A stretch of 64,000 nt of DNA from an uncultured Verrucomicrobiota bacterium (GTDB taxonomy: Bacteria > Verrucomicrobiota > Kiritimatiellia > CAIQIC01 > Lenti-01). Positions within the stretch are counted from its first letter, which is position 1; each line of letters opens with the position of its first letter. Under the pieces are notes generated by a model that was not told the DNA's origin, did not search any database, and was given only the letters and a program-made list of their open reading frames with translations. Made by a program: the position numbers and the translations under genes. Below are positions 56,911 to 64,000 of the stretch, one piece after another. Location of the stretch: positions 42,002-106,001 of the forward strand of contig CAYMTY010000003.1 of NCBI GenBank assembly GCA_964393515.1, read 5' to 3'.

Positions 56911-57960
56911 ATGAGTCGTGCATCCAACAATCCCCTGCCAGGCAAGGCCGGCGGGACCCGCCGCGAAAAAATCTGTCGTTTGTGCACGCCGGTCCTGCTG
57001 CCCCTGTGCATCCTGCTCTACATCCTGGCCGTGGCCGGCTACGCCGTCTGGTCCTACCGCGAGCACAAGACCCGGCTGCTGGCGGAAATCGATTCCGGCC
57101 TGCTCCAGGCCGCCCGCAGCCTGAAATATCTGCTCGCGCCCGACTTCCACGACCGCGCGCTCGCGCCCGATTCCATCGGCCGGGACGAAGAGCTCCGCAA
57201 TCGGAAGCTGGTGACGGATTTCGGCGTCGAATCCGGCTTCAAGTGGGTCCAAACCATCGTCGAAAAGGACGGCGCGTTTTTCTTCTCCGCCCCGTCCGTT
57301 TCGGAGGAGGAAGCCCGCGAACGGGAATCGTGGTACTTCTATCCCTACGAAGACATCCCCGCGGAATTCGTCCAGGGCTTCCAGGACAACCAACCCGTCT
57401 TTCTCGAGTTCACCGACCAGTGGGGCACGTACCGTTCCATCGCCCTGCCGCAGCATGCGCCGGGCGGGCGCCGCTACCTGGCCAGCGCCGACCGGGACAT
57501 CAGCGACATCCGCCGCCTGCTCCGCCAAAACCTGCTGCAATCCACCGCCGTCGCCGCCTATTTTCTGCTGGCCAGCCTGCCCTTCCTGCTGCTCCTGGCG
57601 CACATCTACCGCGTGCATACGGTCGACCTGAAGCGCCTCAACGCCGAACTGCAGGATCACAAGGACACGTTGGAAATCCAGATCCGCGAGCGCACCGCCG
57701 CCCTCCAGCAGGAAACCAAACGCCTGCAGACCGCCCTCGCCAATGTCCGCACCCTGAGCGGCTTGCTGCCCATCTGCGCTTCGTGCAAGAAAATCCGCGA
57801 CGACAAGGGCTACTGGAACCAGTTGGAACTCTACATCCAACAGAACTCCGACGCCCAGTTCTCGCATGGCCTGTGCCCCGAATGCTTGGCCAAACTGTAT
57901 CCCGACCTCACCCTCGAGAAGCCTTTTCCCGGCGCCGAGGATCCGCCCGCTGCTCCTTGA
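56911..57960 (+). CDS. Membrane sensor protein: TM - periplasmic Cache-like domain - TM - coiled coil - C-terminal Cys4 motif (PICASCKKIRDDKGYW...HGLCPEC)
   Basis: ORF track; two hydrophobic segments flanking a ~160-aa extracytoplasmic region; conserved cysteine-rich C-terminal tail of unknown function. Confidence 0.55.
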   Translation: MSRASNNPLPGKAGGTRREKICRLCTPVLLPLCILLYILAVAGYAVWSYREHKTRLLAEIDSGLLQAARSLKYLLAPDFHDRALAPDSIGRDEELRNRKLVTDFGVESGFKWVQTIVEKDGAFFFSAPSVSEEEARERESWYFYPYEDIPAEFVQGFQDNQPVFLEFTDQWGTYRSIALPQHAPGGRRYLASADRDISDIRRLLRQNLLQSTAVAAYFLLASLPFLLLLAHIYRVHTVDLKRLNAELQDHKDTLEIQIRERTAALQQETKRLQTALANVRTLSGLLPICASCKKIRDDKGYWNQLELYIQQNSDAQFSHGLCPECLAKLYPDLTLEKPFPGAEDPPAAP

Positions 57961-58031
57961 CCCCCCCCGCCCGGCCGCCTTGCGCGCCGGCGGCGGATCC
58001 TCTATTCTGGACCCGTTTGCCGGACCTTGCC

Positions 58032-58376
58032 ATGGAAAACCCCGTGCCAGCCGCCGCCCCGCCGCCCACCCGGGCCGAACGCCTCAACCGCGCCTTCGGA
58101 CCCGTCGTCGCCGGGCTCATCATCGACTTCGTGGATCTGGCGACCTTCGGCCCCATCGGCCTTTACCTCGGCCTGCCCATCGGCGCCTTCGCCGGCTACT
58201 GGATGGGCCGCGCCCTCGCTCTCCCGAAGAAAACCTCCCTGCTCTGCGCGCTGGCCGCCGGCATCTACTGCATGATCCCCGGCACGGAAATGCTCCCGCT
58301 CGCCACCCTCGTCGGCGCCTGCGCCCGCTATTCCGAATCCGCCCCCAAGCCGCCCGCCCCCGCCCCCAAGCCATGA
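58032..58376 (+). CDS. Small 2-TM membrane protein, proline-rich tail
   Basis: C-terminal part of a longer track ORF; start at MENPVP; hydrophobic segments VVAGLIIDFVDLATFGPIGLYLGLPIGAFAGYW and LLCALAAGIYCMIPG. Confidence 0.4.
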   Translation: MENPVPAAAPPPTRAERLNRAFGPVVAGLIIDFVDLATFGPIGLYLGLPIGAFAGYWMGRALALPKKTSLLCALAAGIYCMIPGTEMLPLATLVGACARYSESAPKPPAPAPKP

Positions 58377-60127
58377 GCCGTCCCGGCCGCCTCTTCTTCG
58401 CCGCCGTCGTGCTCGCGATCCACACCGCCGCGGCCGGCCCCGTCCGCGTCTCCTTCCTCGACACCGACGCCGCCCGCGAAGACACCCTCCGCGCCTTCGC
58501 CCGCGCCGGCTGCGACACGAACCACCTCGCCGCGCTCCGGAAAGCCATCCTCCACTACTATCGCACCCCGCTCGCCCTCGACACCTCCGCCTTCCCGCCC
58601 GCCACGGATGGCTTCCGCGAGTTCGCCTCCATCTCCGGTTTCGTCGCCGCCCTCGGCACCAACCAGCTCTCCTTCCTGGACCACGACTTCGAGTTGAACT
58701 GCTACGACACGGCCGTGCTCCTGGCCGGGCCGGAGATGGATGCGGCCGTCGATCTGGAAACGCCGGGCGCCCCCTGGCTGGCCATCCAGGTCACCACCAA
58801 CTTCACCGAATGGCTGGAACCCGTGGTCTCGCTCGGCGATGTGGCCGCCATCGCCCATCCGGCCTGGTACACGGACTTCGTGCGGGACATCGCGCAGTAC
58901 GAATTCCCGGAAAAACACCGGATCCTCAACTCCGTCTTGTACCAGTACCAGACCTTGCCGCGGGACACCTCGGCGGAAACCGTCGCGGCGGAAACGCAGG
59001 CGGCCCTGCGGAGGCATTGGCAGCGCGGCGGCGTCCGGTTCCCGGAGAAGGTCTCCCTCATCCTGCTCCACCGCGCCCGCACCGAATACCACCTGGTGGT
59101 CACCGACCACGCCGGCGTGCTGCTCCAACAGGAAAACGGCTGGCTCTACCTTGAAAAGACTGGCGGCAAGGGCCCCTTCCTCCGGATCGATGTGAAAGAC
59201 CCCGCCGACCTCGCCGCCTACTTCGCCACCATGACCTGGCCGGACTATCCCTTCAATTACCTGTCGATCAACGATGATCTTTTCCTCGACGTTCCCCTCC
59301 GGCCGCGCGCCCTGCCGCAGTTCCTGCCCGTCGCCGAACGCGCCAAGCGGGCCATCCGCCGCCGCTGCGCCGAAATCTCCCCCGCCCCGCTCGACGCCCG
59401 CGGCTATGCTGCAACCGCCGAACTCAACCTCGTCCCCGGCGTCCGGCTGGAAGACATCCGCGCCGACTACGCCCAGGGCAGCGGCAACGAACTGGAAGGC
59501 AAGTTCCGCGCCGCCCACTCCTCCTCGGCGCTCGCCGCCAACACCTTCGGCCCCTGGCGCACCAATCCGCCGGCGCTGTGTCTGCATGGCTGTCCCGGCT
59601 ACACCGCCATGCAATTCGAGAAGAAATGCCCGACCGGCCTCGGCGGCATCCCGCCCCATCTCGACCTTCTGGTGGAAAATTCCAACGTCGTCATCGGCGT
59701 CGAATCCAAGTTCCTCGAAATCCTCACCCCCAAGCAGCCGAAATTCACGAAGAGCTACCGGCTCGAGAACCTGCCCCGGATGGAGCCGTGCTGGGCCGAG
59801 CTGCTGGAATCGCTCAAAACCGGTCCGAAGCAGTACCTCGACGCCGCCCAGCTCGTCCGCCACTACCTCGGCCTCCGCAACCGGCCGGAATGCCAAGGCA
59901 AGCGCGTCATCCTCCTCTACCTCTTTTGGGAGCCCGAAAACTGGGCGGACTTCCCCGAATACCGTCAGCACCGCGCTGAAATCTCCGCATTCTACGACCG
60001 CGTCAAGGACTCGGCCGTCGAATTCACCTGGCTCCCCTACGCCGATCTCTGGCGCATGTGGGATGCCCTCGGCTTCGCCTCTGACCACGTGCGGGAACTC
60101 CGCCGACGTTACGGCCTGGCCATTTGA
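58373..60127 (+). CDS. Secreted hypothetical protein with N-terminal transglutaminase-like Cys/His region and C-terminal PD-(D/E)xK-like motif
   Basis: Signal peptide MSRPGRLFFAAVVLAIHTAAAG; ELNCYDTAVLLAG and VVTDHAGV (possible Cys/His dyad); HLDLLVENSNVVIGVESKFLE (D...ExK). ATGA overlap with the preceding gene. Confidence 0.4.
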   Translation: MSRPGRLFFAAVVLAIHTAAAGPVRVSFLDTDAAREDTLRAFARAGCDTNHLAALRKAILHYYRTPLALDTSAFPPATDGFREFASISGFVAALGTNQLSFLDHDFELNCYDTAVLLAGPEMDAAVDLETPGAPWLAIQVTTNFTEWLEPVVSLGDVAAIAHPAWYTDFVRDIAQYEFPEKHRILNSVLYQYQTLPRDTSAETVAAETQAALRRHWQRGGVRFPEKVSLILLHRARTEYHLVVTDHAGVLLQQENGWLYLEKTGGKGPFLRIDVKDPADLAAYFATMTWPDYPFNYLSINDDLFLDVPLRPRALPQFLPVAERAKRAIRRRCAEISPAPLDARGYAATAELNLVPGVRLEDIRADYAQGSGNELEGKFRAAHSSSALAANTFGPWRTNPPALCLHGCPGYTAMQFEKKCPTGLGGIPPHLDLLVENSNVVIGVESKFLEILTPKQPKFTKSYRLENLPRMEPCWAELLESLKTGPKQYLDAAQLVRHYLGLRNRPECQGKRVILLYLFWEPENWADFPEYRQHRAEISAFYDRVKDSAVEFTWLPYADLWRMWDALGFASDHVRELRRRYGLAI

Positions 60128-60601
60128 CTACGATTGTTCCGCCGGACCGTCGTCTGGAAGGTTCTCAAGGTCATCCAGATCTTTATGTCGGCCGGATGCG
60201 CGCTTGTTGCGCAACAGATGCTCGCGGGAAATCAACTGGACAGGCAGGCCGTCGATGTCCGCCGTGACCCGGGCGGCATAACATTCCGCAAAATCCACCC
60301 CATCAATCTCGGTCAGCACCTCGATCCGCATCGGCGGCAAGCCCATGCGAATGATCTTGCCCCGCTCCTGGAACAAGGCCGGCTTCAGTTGGTCGTCCTG
60401 CATGCCAAACCGGTGGAAAACATCAACCAGTTTGGCGGCATTGTCCGGCGAGATGGCCACCCAAATGTCCATGTCAGCCGTGGCGCGCGGATAGCCGTGA
60501 TACCCAACGGCATAGCCGCCGATCAACAGATACTGAACGTCAGCGTCGTTCAGCAATTTCAAGAATTCTTTGAAGTCTTCGGGCAGTGTCTGCGCGGCCA
60601 T
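60128..60601 (-). CDS. Minimal nucleotidyltransferase-fold protein (MNT-like)
   Basis: LLIGGYAVGYHGYPRATADMDIWV fits the NTase hG[GS]x9-13Dh[DE]h motif. Start at MAAQTLPEDF; the track ORF has a longer N-terminus. Confidence 0.5.
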   Translation of the reverse strand: MAAQTLPEDFKEFLKLLNDADVQYLLIGGYAVGYHGYPRATADMDIWVAISPDNAAKLVDVFHRFGMQDDQLKPALFQERGKIIRMGLPPMRIEVLTEIDGVDFAECYAARVTADIDGLPVQLISREHLLRNKRASGRHKDLDDLENLPDDGPAEQS

Positions 60602-60787
60602 AGGCCACCTGTCGGTCCATTTGCACTGCGCGTAAACGCGCGCTCGTCGGCTGCCGTCGCCAGTACCCTTTGTCCGGGGTTTTGGCATGCAGATCGACAA
60701 CCGATAGTCTGATGCGATCCACTTTCACGGCTTTTATTCTACCCGTTGGCCACAGGAACAACAACCCGCAATTTGAATTCCCTTCGC

Positions 60788-62764
60788 CTACCAGCCGCGC
60801 CAGTGCGGCGACGGCGCAAAGCCGCCGGCCTGGTCCACCTGCAGCAGGTCGGGGTCGATCTCGTCGATGAACCGCGACGGCAGGCAGATCTGGAGCCCGC
60901 CGTCGCGCGACTTGCGCATCCGCGGCACGCACAGCCATAAATAGTCCTTCGCGCGCGTCACGGCGACGTAGAACAGGCGGCGCTCCTCGGCCGCGTCGGC
61001 CGCCTCCTCCAGCGAACGCGCCGCCGGAAACATCCCGTCCGCCAGCCACAGCACGAACACGGCCTGCCACTCGAGCCCCTTGGCCTGGTGCACCGTTGTC
61101 AGCCGGATCGCCTGGCCCGGCTGCCCTTTGGCGCGGTTCTGCTCGGCCTCGAGGTTCGTCAGCAGGGCCATCTCGCTCAGGAATTCGGCCGTGCCCTTGT
61201 ACTTGGCCGAAAACGCCATCAGTTCCTCGATGTCCTCCAGCCGCGACCGGGCGTTGTCGAACGTCTCCTCGGCGTACTCCCCGTAAAACGCCTCCGTGAA
61301 GCGGAAGATCAGCTCGTCGGGGCGGTCGAGCACGCGCCCGTCCTCCTCGCCCGCCGGGAACAGCTTCTGCGCGATGGCCGCCCACAACGGGCGGGCCTCC
61401 GCGGGCAGGCCCTCCGCCAGTTTGGCGCGCTTGGCGGCGTCGCGCAGGTTCCAATGCGCGCCGAGCGCGTGCCAGAGCGCCTGCGCCTTCTTCGGGCCCA
61501 CCTGCGGGAACAGCTCCGCCAGCCGCGCGAACGCCAGGGCGTCGGCGGGATTCGCCACCAGCCGCGGCAGCGTGCACACGTCCTTGATGTGCGCCTGTTC
61601 GAAGAAGCGCACGCCGCTCATCAGCACGTAGTCCAGCCGCGCCCGCGCGAGCTCCAGCTGCAGCTCCATCGAATGGTAGTGCGAGCGGTAGAGCACCGCG
61701 ATCTGCCCCGGCGGCACCGCGCCCGACTCGAGCAGCTGCCGGACCTTGGCCACCACGTAGCGCGCCTGGTGGCCGCCGTCCGTCATCTTCGCCAGCACCG
61801 GCTTCACCTCCGCCGCGCGCGTGGCCCGCAGCACCTTCTGGTACTGCTCGGGGTTGCCCGCGATGACCTGGTTGGCCACCGCCAGGATGCCGGGCGTGCT
61901 GCGGTAGTTCTCCTCCAGTTTGAAGACCTGCGCGCCCGGATAGCGCTGCTCGAACGACAGGATGTGCTGCACCTCCGCCCCGCGCCACGAGTAGATGCTC
62001 TGGAAGTCGTCCCCGACGGCCAGCAGGTTGCGGTGCCGCGCCGCCAGCAGGTCCACGAAGTCCGCCTGCAGCCGGTTCGTGTCCTGGTACTCGTCCACCA
62101 GCACGTGCTGCATCCGCTCCTGGTAGCGCGCCCGGACGTCCGGCTGCTCCTGCAGCAGCTTCAGACCGTTCACCAGCAGGTCGTCGAAATCCATCGCGTT
62201 CTGGGCGCGCTTGCGCTTCTCGTAGAGCGCCTGGACCTTGAGGACGCCGTCCAGATCCACGGTGTGCCCCTCGAAATGCTCCTGCACGGTCTCCTCCACG
62301 GGCGCGCCGCGGTTCGCCGCCAGCCCGAACACCGCTGCCAGCACGCCCGGCTTCGGGAATTTCTTGTCCTTGAGGCCCAGCTCCGCCACGCAGGCCTTCA
62401 GCAGGCGCTGGGTGTCGTCCTCGTCGAGGATCGTGTAGTCCGCGCCGTAGCCGAGCAGGGCGGCATGCCGCCGCAGCATCCGGTTGGCCGCGTGGTGGAA
62501 GGTGCCGCCCCACAGCCCGCCGACGTCGCCGCCGACCAGCTGCGCCGCGCGCGCGAGCATCTCGCCGGCGGCGCGGTTCGTGAAGGTCAGCAGCAGGATC
62601 CGCCGGGGGTCCACCCCGCGCTCCAGCACCAGCCACGCCACGCGATGCGTCAGCGTGCGCGTCTTGCCCGTCCCCGCCGCGGCGATCACCAGCACCGGGC
62701 CGTCCGGCGCCGTCACGGCGCGCAGCTGCGCCGCATTGAGGTGCTGGGCGGGATCGAACGCCAT
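60788..62764 (-). CDS. uvrD: UvrD/PcrA/Rep-family ATP-dependent DNA helicase
   Basis: Walker A AAAGTGKTRTL; helicase motifs II (VLVDEYQDTN) through VI (VAVTRAK). Confidence 0.9.
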   Translation of the reverse strand: MAFDPAQHLNAAQLRAVTAPDGPVLVIAAAGTGKTRTLTHRVAWLVLERGVDPRRILLLTFTNRAAGEMLARAAQLVGGDVGGLWGGTFHHAANRMLRRHAALLGYGADYTILDEDDTQRLLKACVAELGLKDKKFPKPGVLAAVFGLAANRGAPVEETVQEHFEGHTVDLDGVLKVQALYEKRKRAQNAMDFDDLLVNGLKLLQEQPDVRARYQERMQHVLVDEYQDTNRLQADFVDLLAARHRNLLAVGDDFQSIYSWRGAEVQHILSFEQRYPGAQVFKLEENYRSTPGILAVANQVIAGNPEQYQKVLRATRAAEVKPVLAKMTDGGHQARYVVAKVRQLLESGAVPPGQIAVLYRSHYHSMELQLELARARLDYVLMSGVRFFEQAHIKDVCTLPRLVANPADALAFARLAELFPQVGPKKAQALWHALGAHWNLRDAAKRAKLAEGLPAEARPLWAAIAQKLFPAGEEDGRVLDRPDELIFRFTEAFYGEYAEETFDNARSRLEDIEELMAFSAKYKGTAEFLSEMALLTNLEAEQNRAKGQPGQAIRLTTVHQAKGLEWQAVFVLWLADGMFPAARSLEEAADAAEERRLFYVAVTRAKDYLWLCVPRMRKSRDGGLQICLPSRFIDEIDPDLLQVDQAGGFAPSPHWRGW

Positions 62765-62769
62765 GGCGG

Positions 62770-64000
62770 TTACGCCGACCGGCCGGCCGCCGCCGCCACC
62801 ATGTCCGCCAGCGTCTGGTCCCCGAATCCCGCGCCGAGCCCCGACTCCAGCTTGGCCAAGGCTTCCTTGAGCGGGAGGTCCACCGTGAGCGCGCGCTCCA
62901 GTTCGGCGTGGCCGCCCCCCTCCCGCAGCAGCTCCGCCACCACGTCCTGGAGGCGGACCGTGTCCGGCGCGCGCATCAGCACGTAGCCGCCGTCGCGCCC
63001 GGCGACGGGCGCGAGATAGCCCTTGCGCGCCAGCAGCGCCACCAGCGTATTGACCAGGCGAATCGGCGCCCGGCTCCGGCGCGCGAAGTCCGCGGCGGTG
63101 AACAGCGGCTGCCCGCCGGCCATCGCCCGCCCCGCCTGGCGCAGGATCATCAGCGCCACGAGGATGCGCGCCCGCGCGCTGGCCGAGTCCGCCGCGCTCT
63201 CCAGCTGAAAGGTGTCCGAGTTCTGCAGCGCGAACGTGAACTCCGCCCCCAGCAGCAGGATCACCCAGGTCACGTACATCCACAGCATGAACACCGGCAC
63301 CGCCGCGAAGGCCCCGTAGATCTTGTTGTAGTTCGTCACCCCCGCCTGCATCACCGTGAACATCAGCATCCAGCCCAGGAACACGATGGTCGTCAGCAGG
63401 CTGCTGGTCAGGGCCGGGCGCAGCCGCACCCGCGTGTTGGGCACAAAGATGTACAGGAACCCGATCGCCAGCCACATGATCCCGAACGCCGCCAGGTTCT
63501 GCGCCCAGACGTTGATGTCGATGTCGAAATACGGGATCCGGCTGATCGCGATCTGGGCCTTCAGGGCGCCGGCCAGGCCGATCAGCACCGGCACCAGCAC
63601 CAGTACGCTCGTGTAGTTCGTGATCTGGCGCAGCAGGCTCCGGTTCTTGTCCACGCCCCAGACCCGGTTGAAGCTCTTCTCGATGTTCGCCAGCAGCAGC
63701 ACCGCCGTCAGCACGAAGAACGCCAGGCCGATCCCGCCCAGCGCCGCGAAGTTCGTCGTGTCCACGATGTCCAGCACCTTCAGGACAAAGGCCTGCCACT
63801 GCTCCGGCATCTCCAGGAACCAGTCCATCTGCGAAACCGCGGCCAGCTGGTCCTGCCCCAGCCCGAAGCCCTTGATCAGCGCGAAGCCCACCGCCAGGAT
63901 CGGCACCAGCGAGGCCAGCGTCACGAACGTCAGCGAAGAGGCGTGGATCGTCAGGTCGTCGTCCACGTAGCCGCGGATGAGCAGATGCCCCACCCGGATA
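62770..64000 (-). CDS. yihY: YihY/BrkB-family inner-membrane protein; N-terminus probably runs off the window end
   Basis: 6 TM helices with the YihY signature; the N-terminal region is shorter than typical, so the start likely lies beyond 64000. Confidence 0.75.
   Translation of the reverse strand, partial: IRVGHLLIRGYVDDDLTIHASSLTFVTLASLVPILAVGFALIKGFGLGQDQLAAVSQMDWFLEMPEQWQAFVLKVLDIVDTTNFAALGGIGLAFFVLTAVLLLANIEKSFNRVWGVDKNRSLLRQITNYTSVLVLVPVLIGLAGALKAQIAISRIPYFDIDINVWAQNLAAFGIMWLAIGFLYIFVPNTRVRLRPALTSSLLTTIVFLGWMLMFTVMQAGVTNYNKIYGAFAAVPVFMLWMYVTWVILLLGAEFTFALQNSDTFQLESAADSASARARILVALMILRQAGRAMAGGQPLFTAADFARRSRAPIRLVNTLVALLARKGYLAPVAGRDGGYVLMRAPDTVRLQDVVAELLREGGGHAELERALTVDLPLKEALAKLESGLGAGFGDQTLADMVAAAAGRSA

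Noticed and set aside
56529-58031. N-terminal 500 aa of the 615-aa plus-strand track ORF
   Set aside because: Arg/Pro-rich out-of-frame read-through over the AbiEi promoter region and the sensor gene; only the C-terminal 114-aa segment (58032-58376) has membrane-protein character.

Overview
This is a high-GC (roughly 68-70%) bacterial chromosomal segment. Gene content points to a Gram-negative, possibly PVC/Verrucomicrobia-like organism; that is an inference from the sequence, not a database hit.

Left arm (1-17.8 kb, all minus strand):
- queA (partial) and a D-Ala-D-Ala carboxypeptidase.
- A ~1,890-aa RHS/YD-repeat polymorphic toxin with an unusual C-terminal tip, followed 2 nt later by a secreted YD-repeat protein. 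Both genes are followed by AT-rich ATTGGATATTG repeats.
- metK, then a long co-directional array: ptsI-ptsH-hprK-hpf-lptB-lptA-lptC-kdsA-hldD. No rpoN lies between lptB and hpf.

Middle (17.0-33.5 kb):
- acpH, a low-GC OMP gene, tRNA-Cys and a P-type ATPase.
- An OmpR-type two-component system with a co-transcribed secreted protein. A perfect 16-bp inverted repeat sits in its divergent promoter region.
- A ~1,130-aa secreted metallophosphoesterase.
- A TPP-riboswitch-controlled cytX-thiM-thiE-thiD operon.
- A periplasmic glutathione peroxidase.

Exopolysaccharide region (33.7-53.4 kb):
- A large EPS locus (33.7-45.6 kb) combining a PgaC-like GT2 synthase, two polysaccharide deacetylase (CE4) multidomain proteins (one fused to TPR repeats and an OM beta-barrel), and an AlgI/AlgJ-like MBOAT + SGNH O-acylation pair.
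- Divergently, a CheY-like receiver, a KaiC-like ATPase, an ExeA/PEP-CTERM-type AAA ATPase, a GHL10-like hydrolase, mscS and a GH20 hexosaminidase.

Other notable structures:
- A family of 19-bp 8-3-8 palindromes (TTTTCCAY-N3-GTGGAAAA, DnaA-box-like half sites) occurs as a 6-copy array at 51.2 kb and a 2-copy cluster at 28.9 kb.
- A ~3.3-kb low-GC islet (beta-helix protein + AbiEi/AbiEii abortive-infection pair) sits in the 3' end of the GH20 gene, bracketed by a 112-bp direct repeat.
- The right end carries a Cache-type sensor with a Cys4 tail, a secreted transglutaminase-like/nuclease-like protein, a minimal nucleotidyltransferase, a UvrD helicase and a partial yihY.

Adjacent genes on the same strand very often overlap as ATGA (stop of one gene inside the start codon of the next). 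The long antisense ORFs in the track are GC-composition artifacts.
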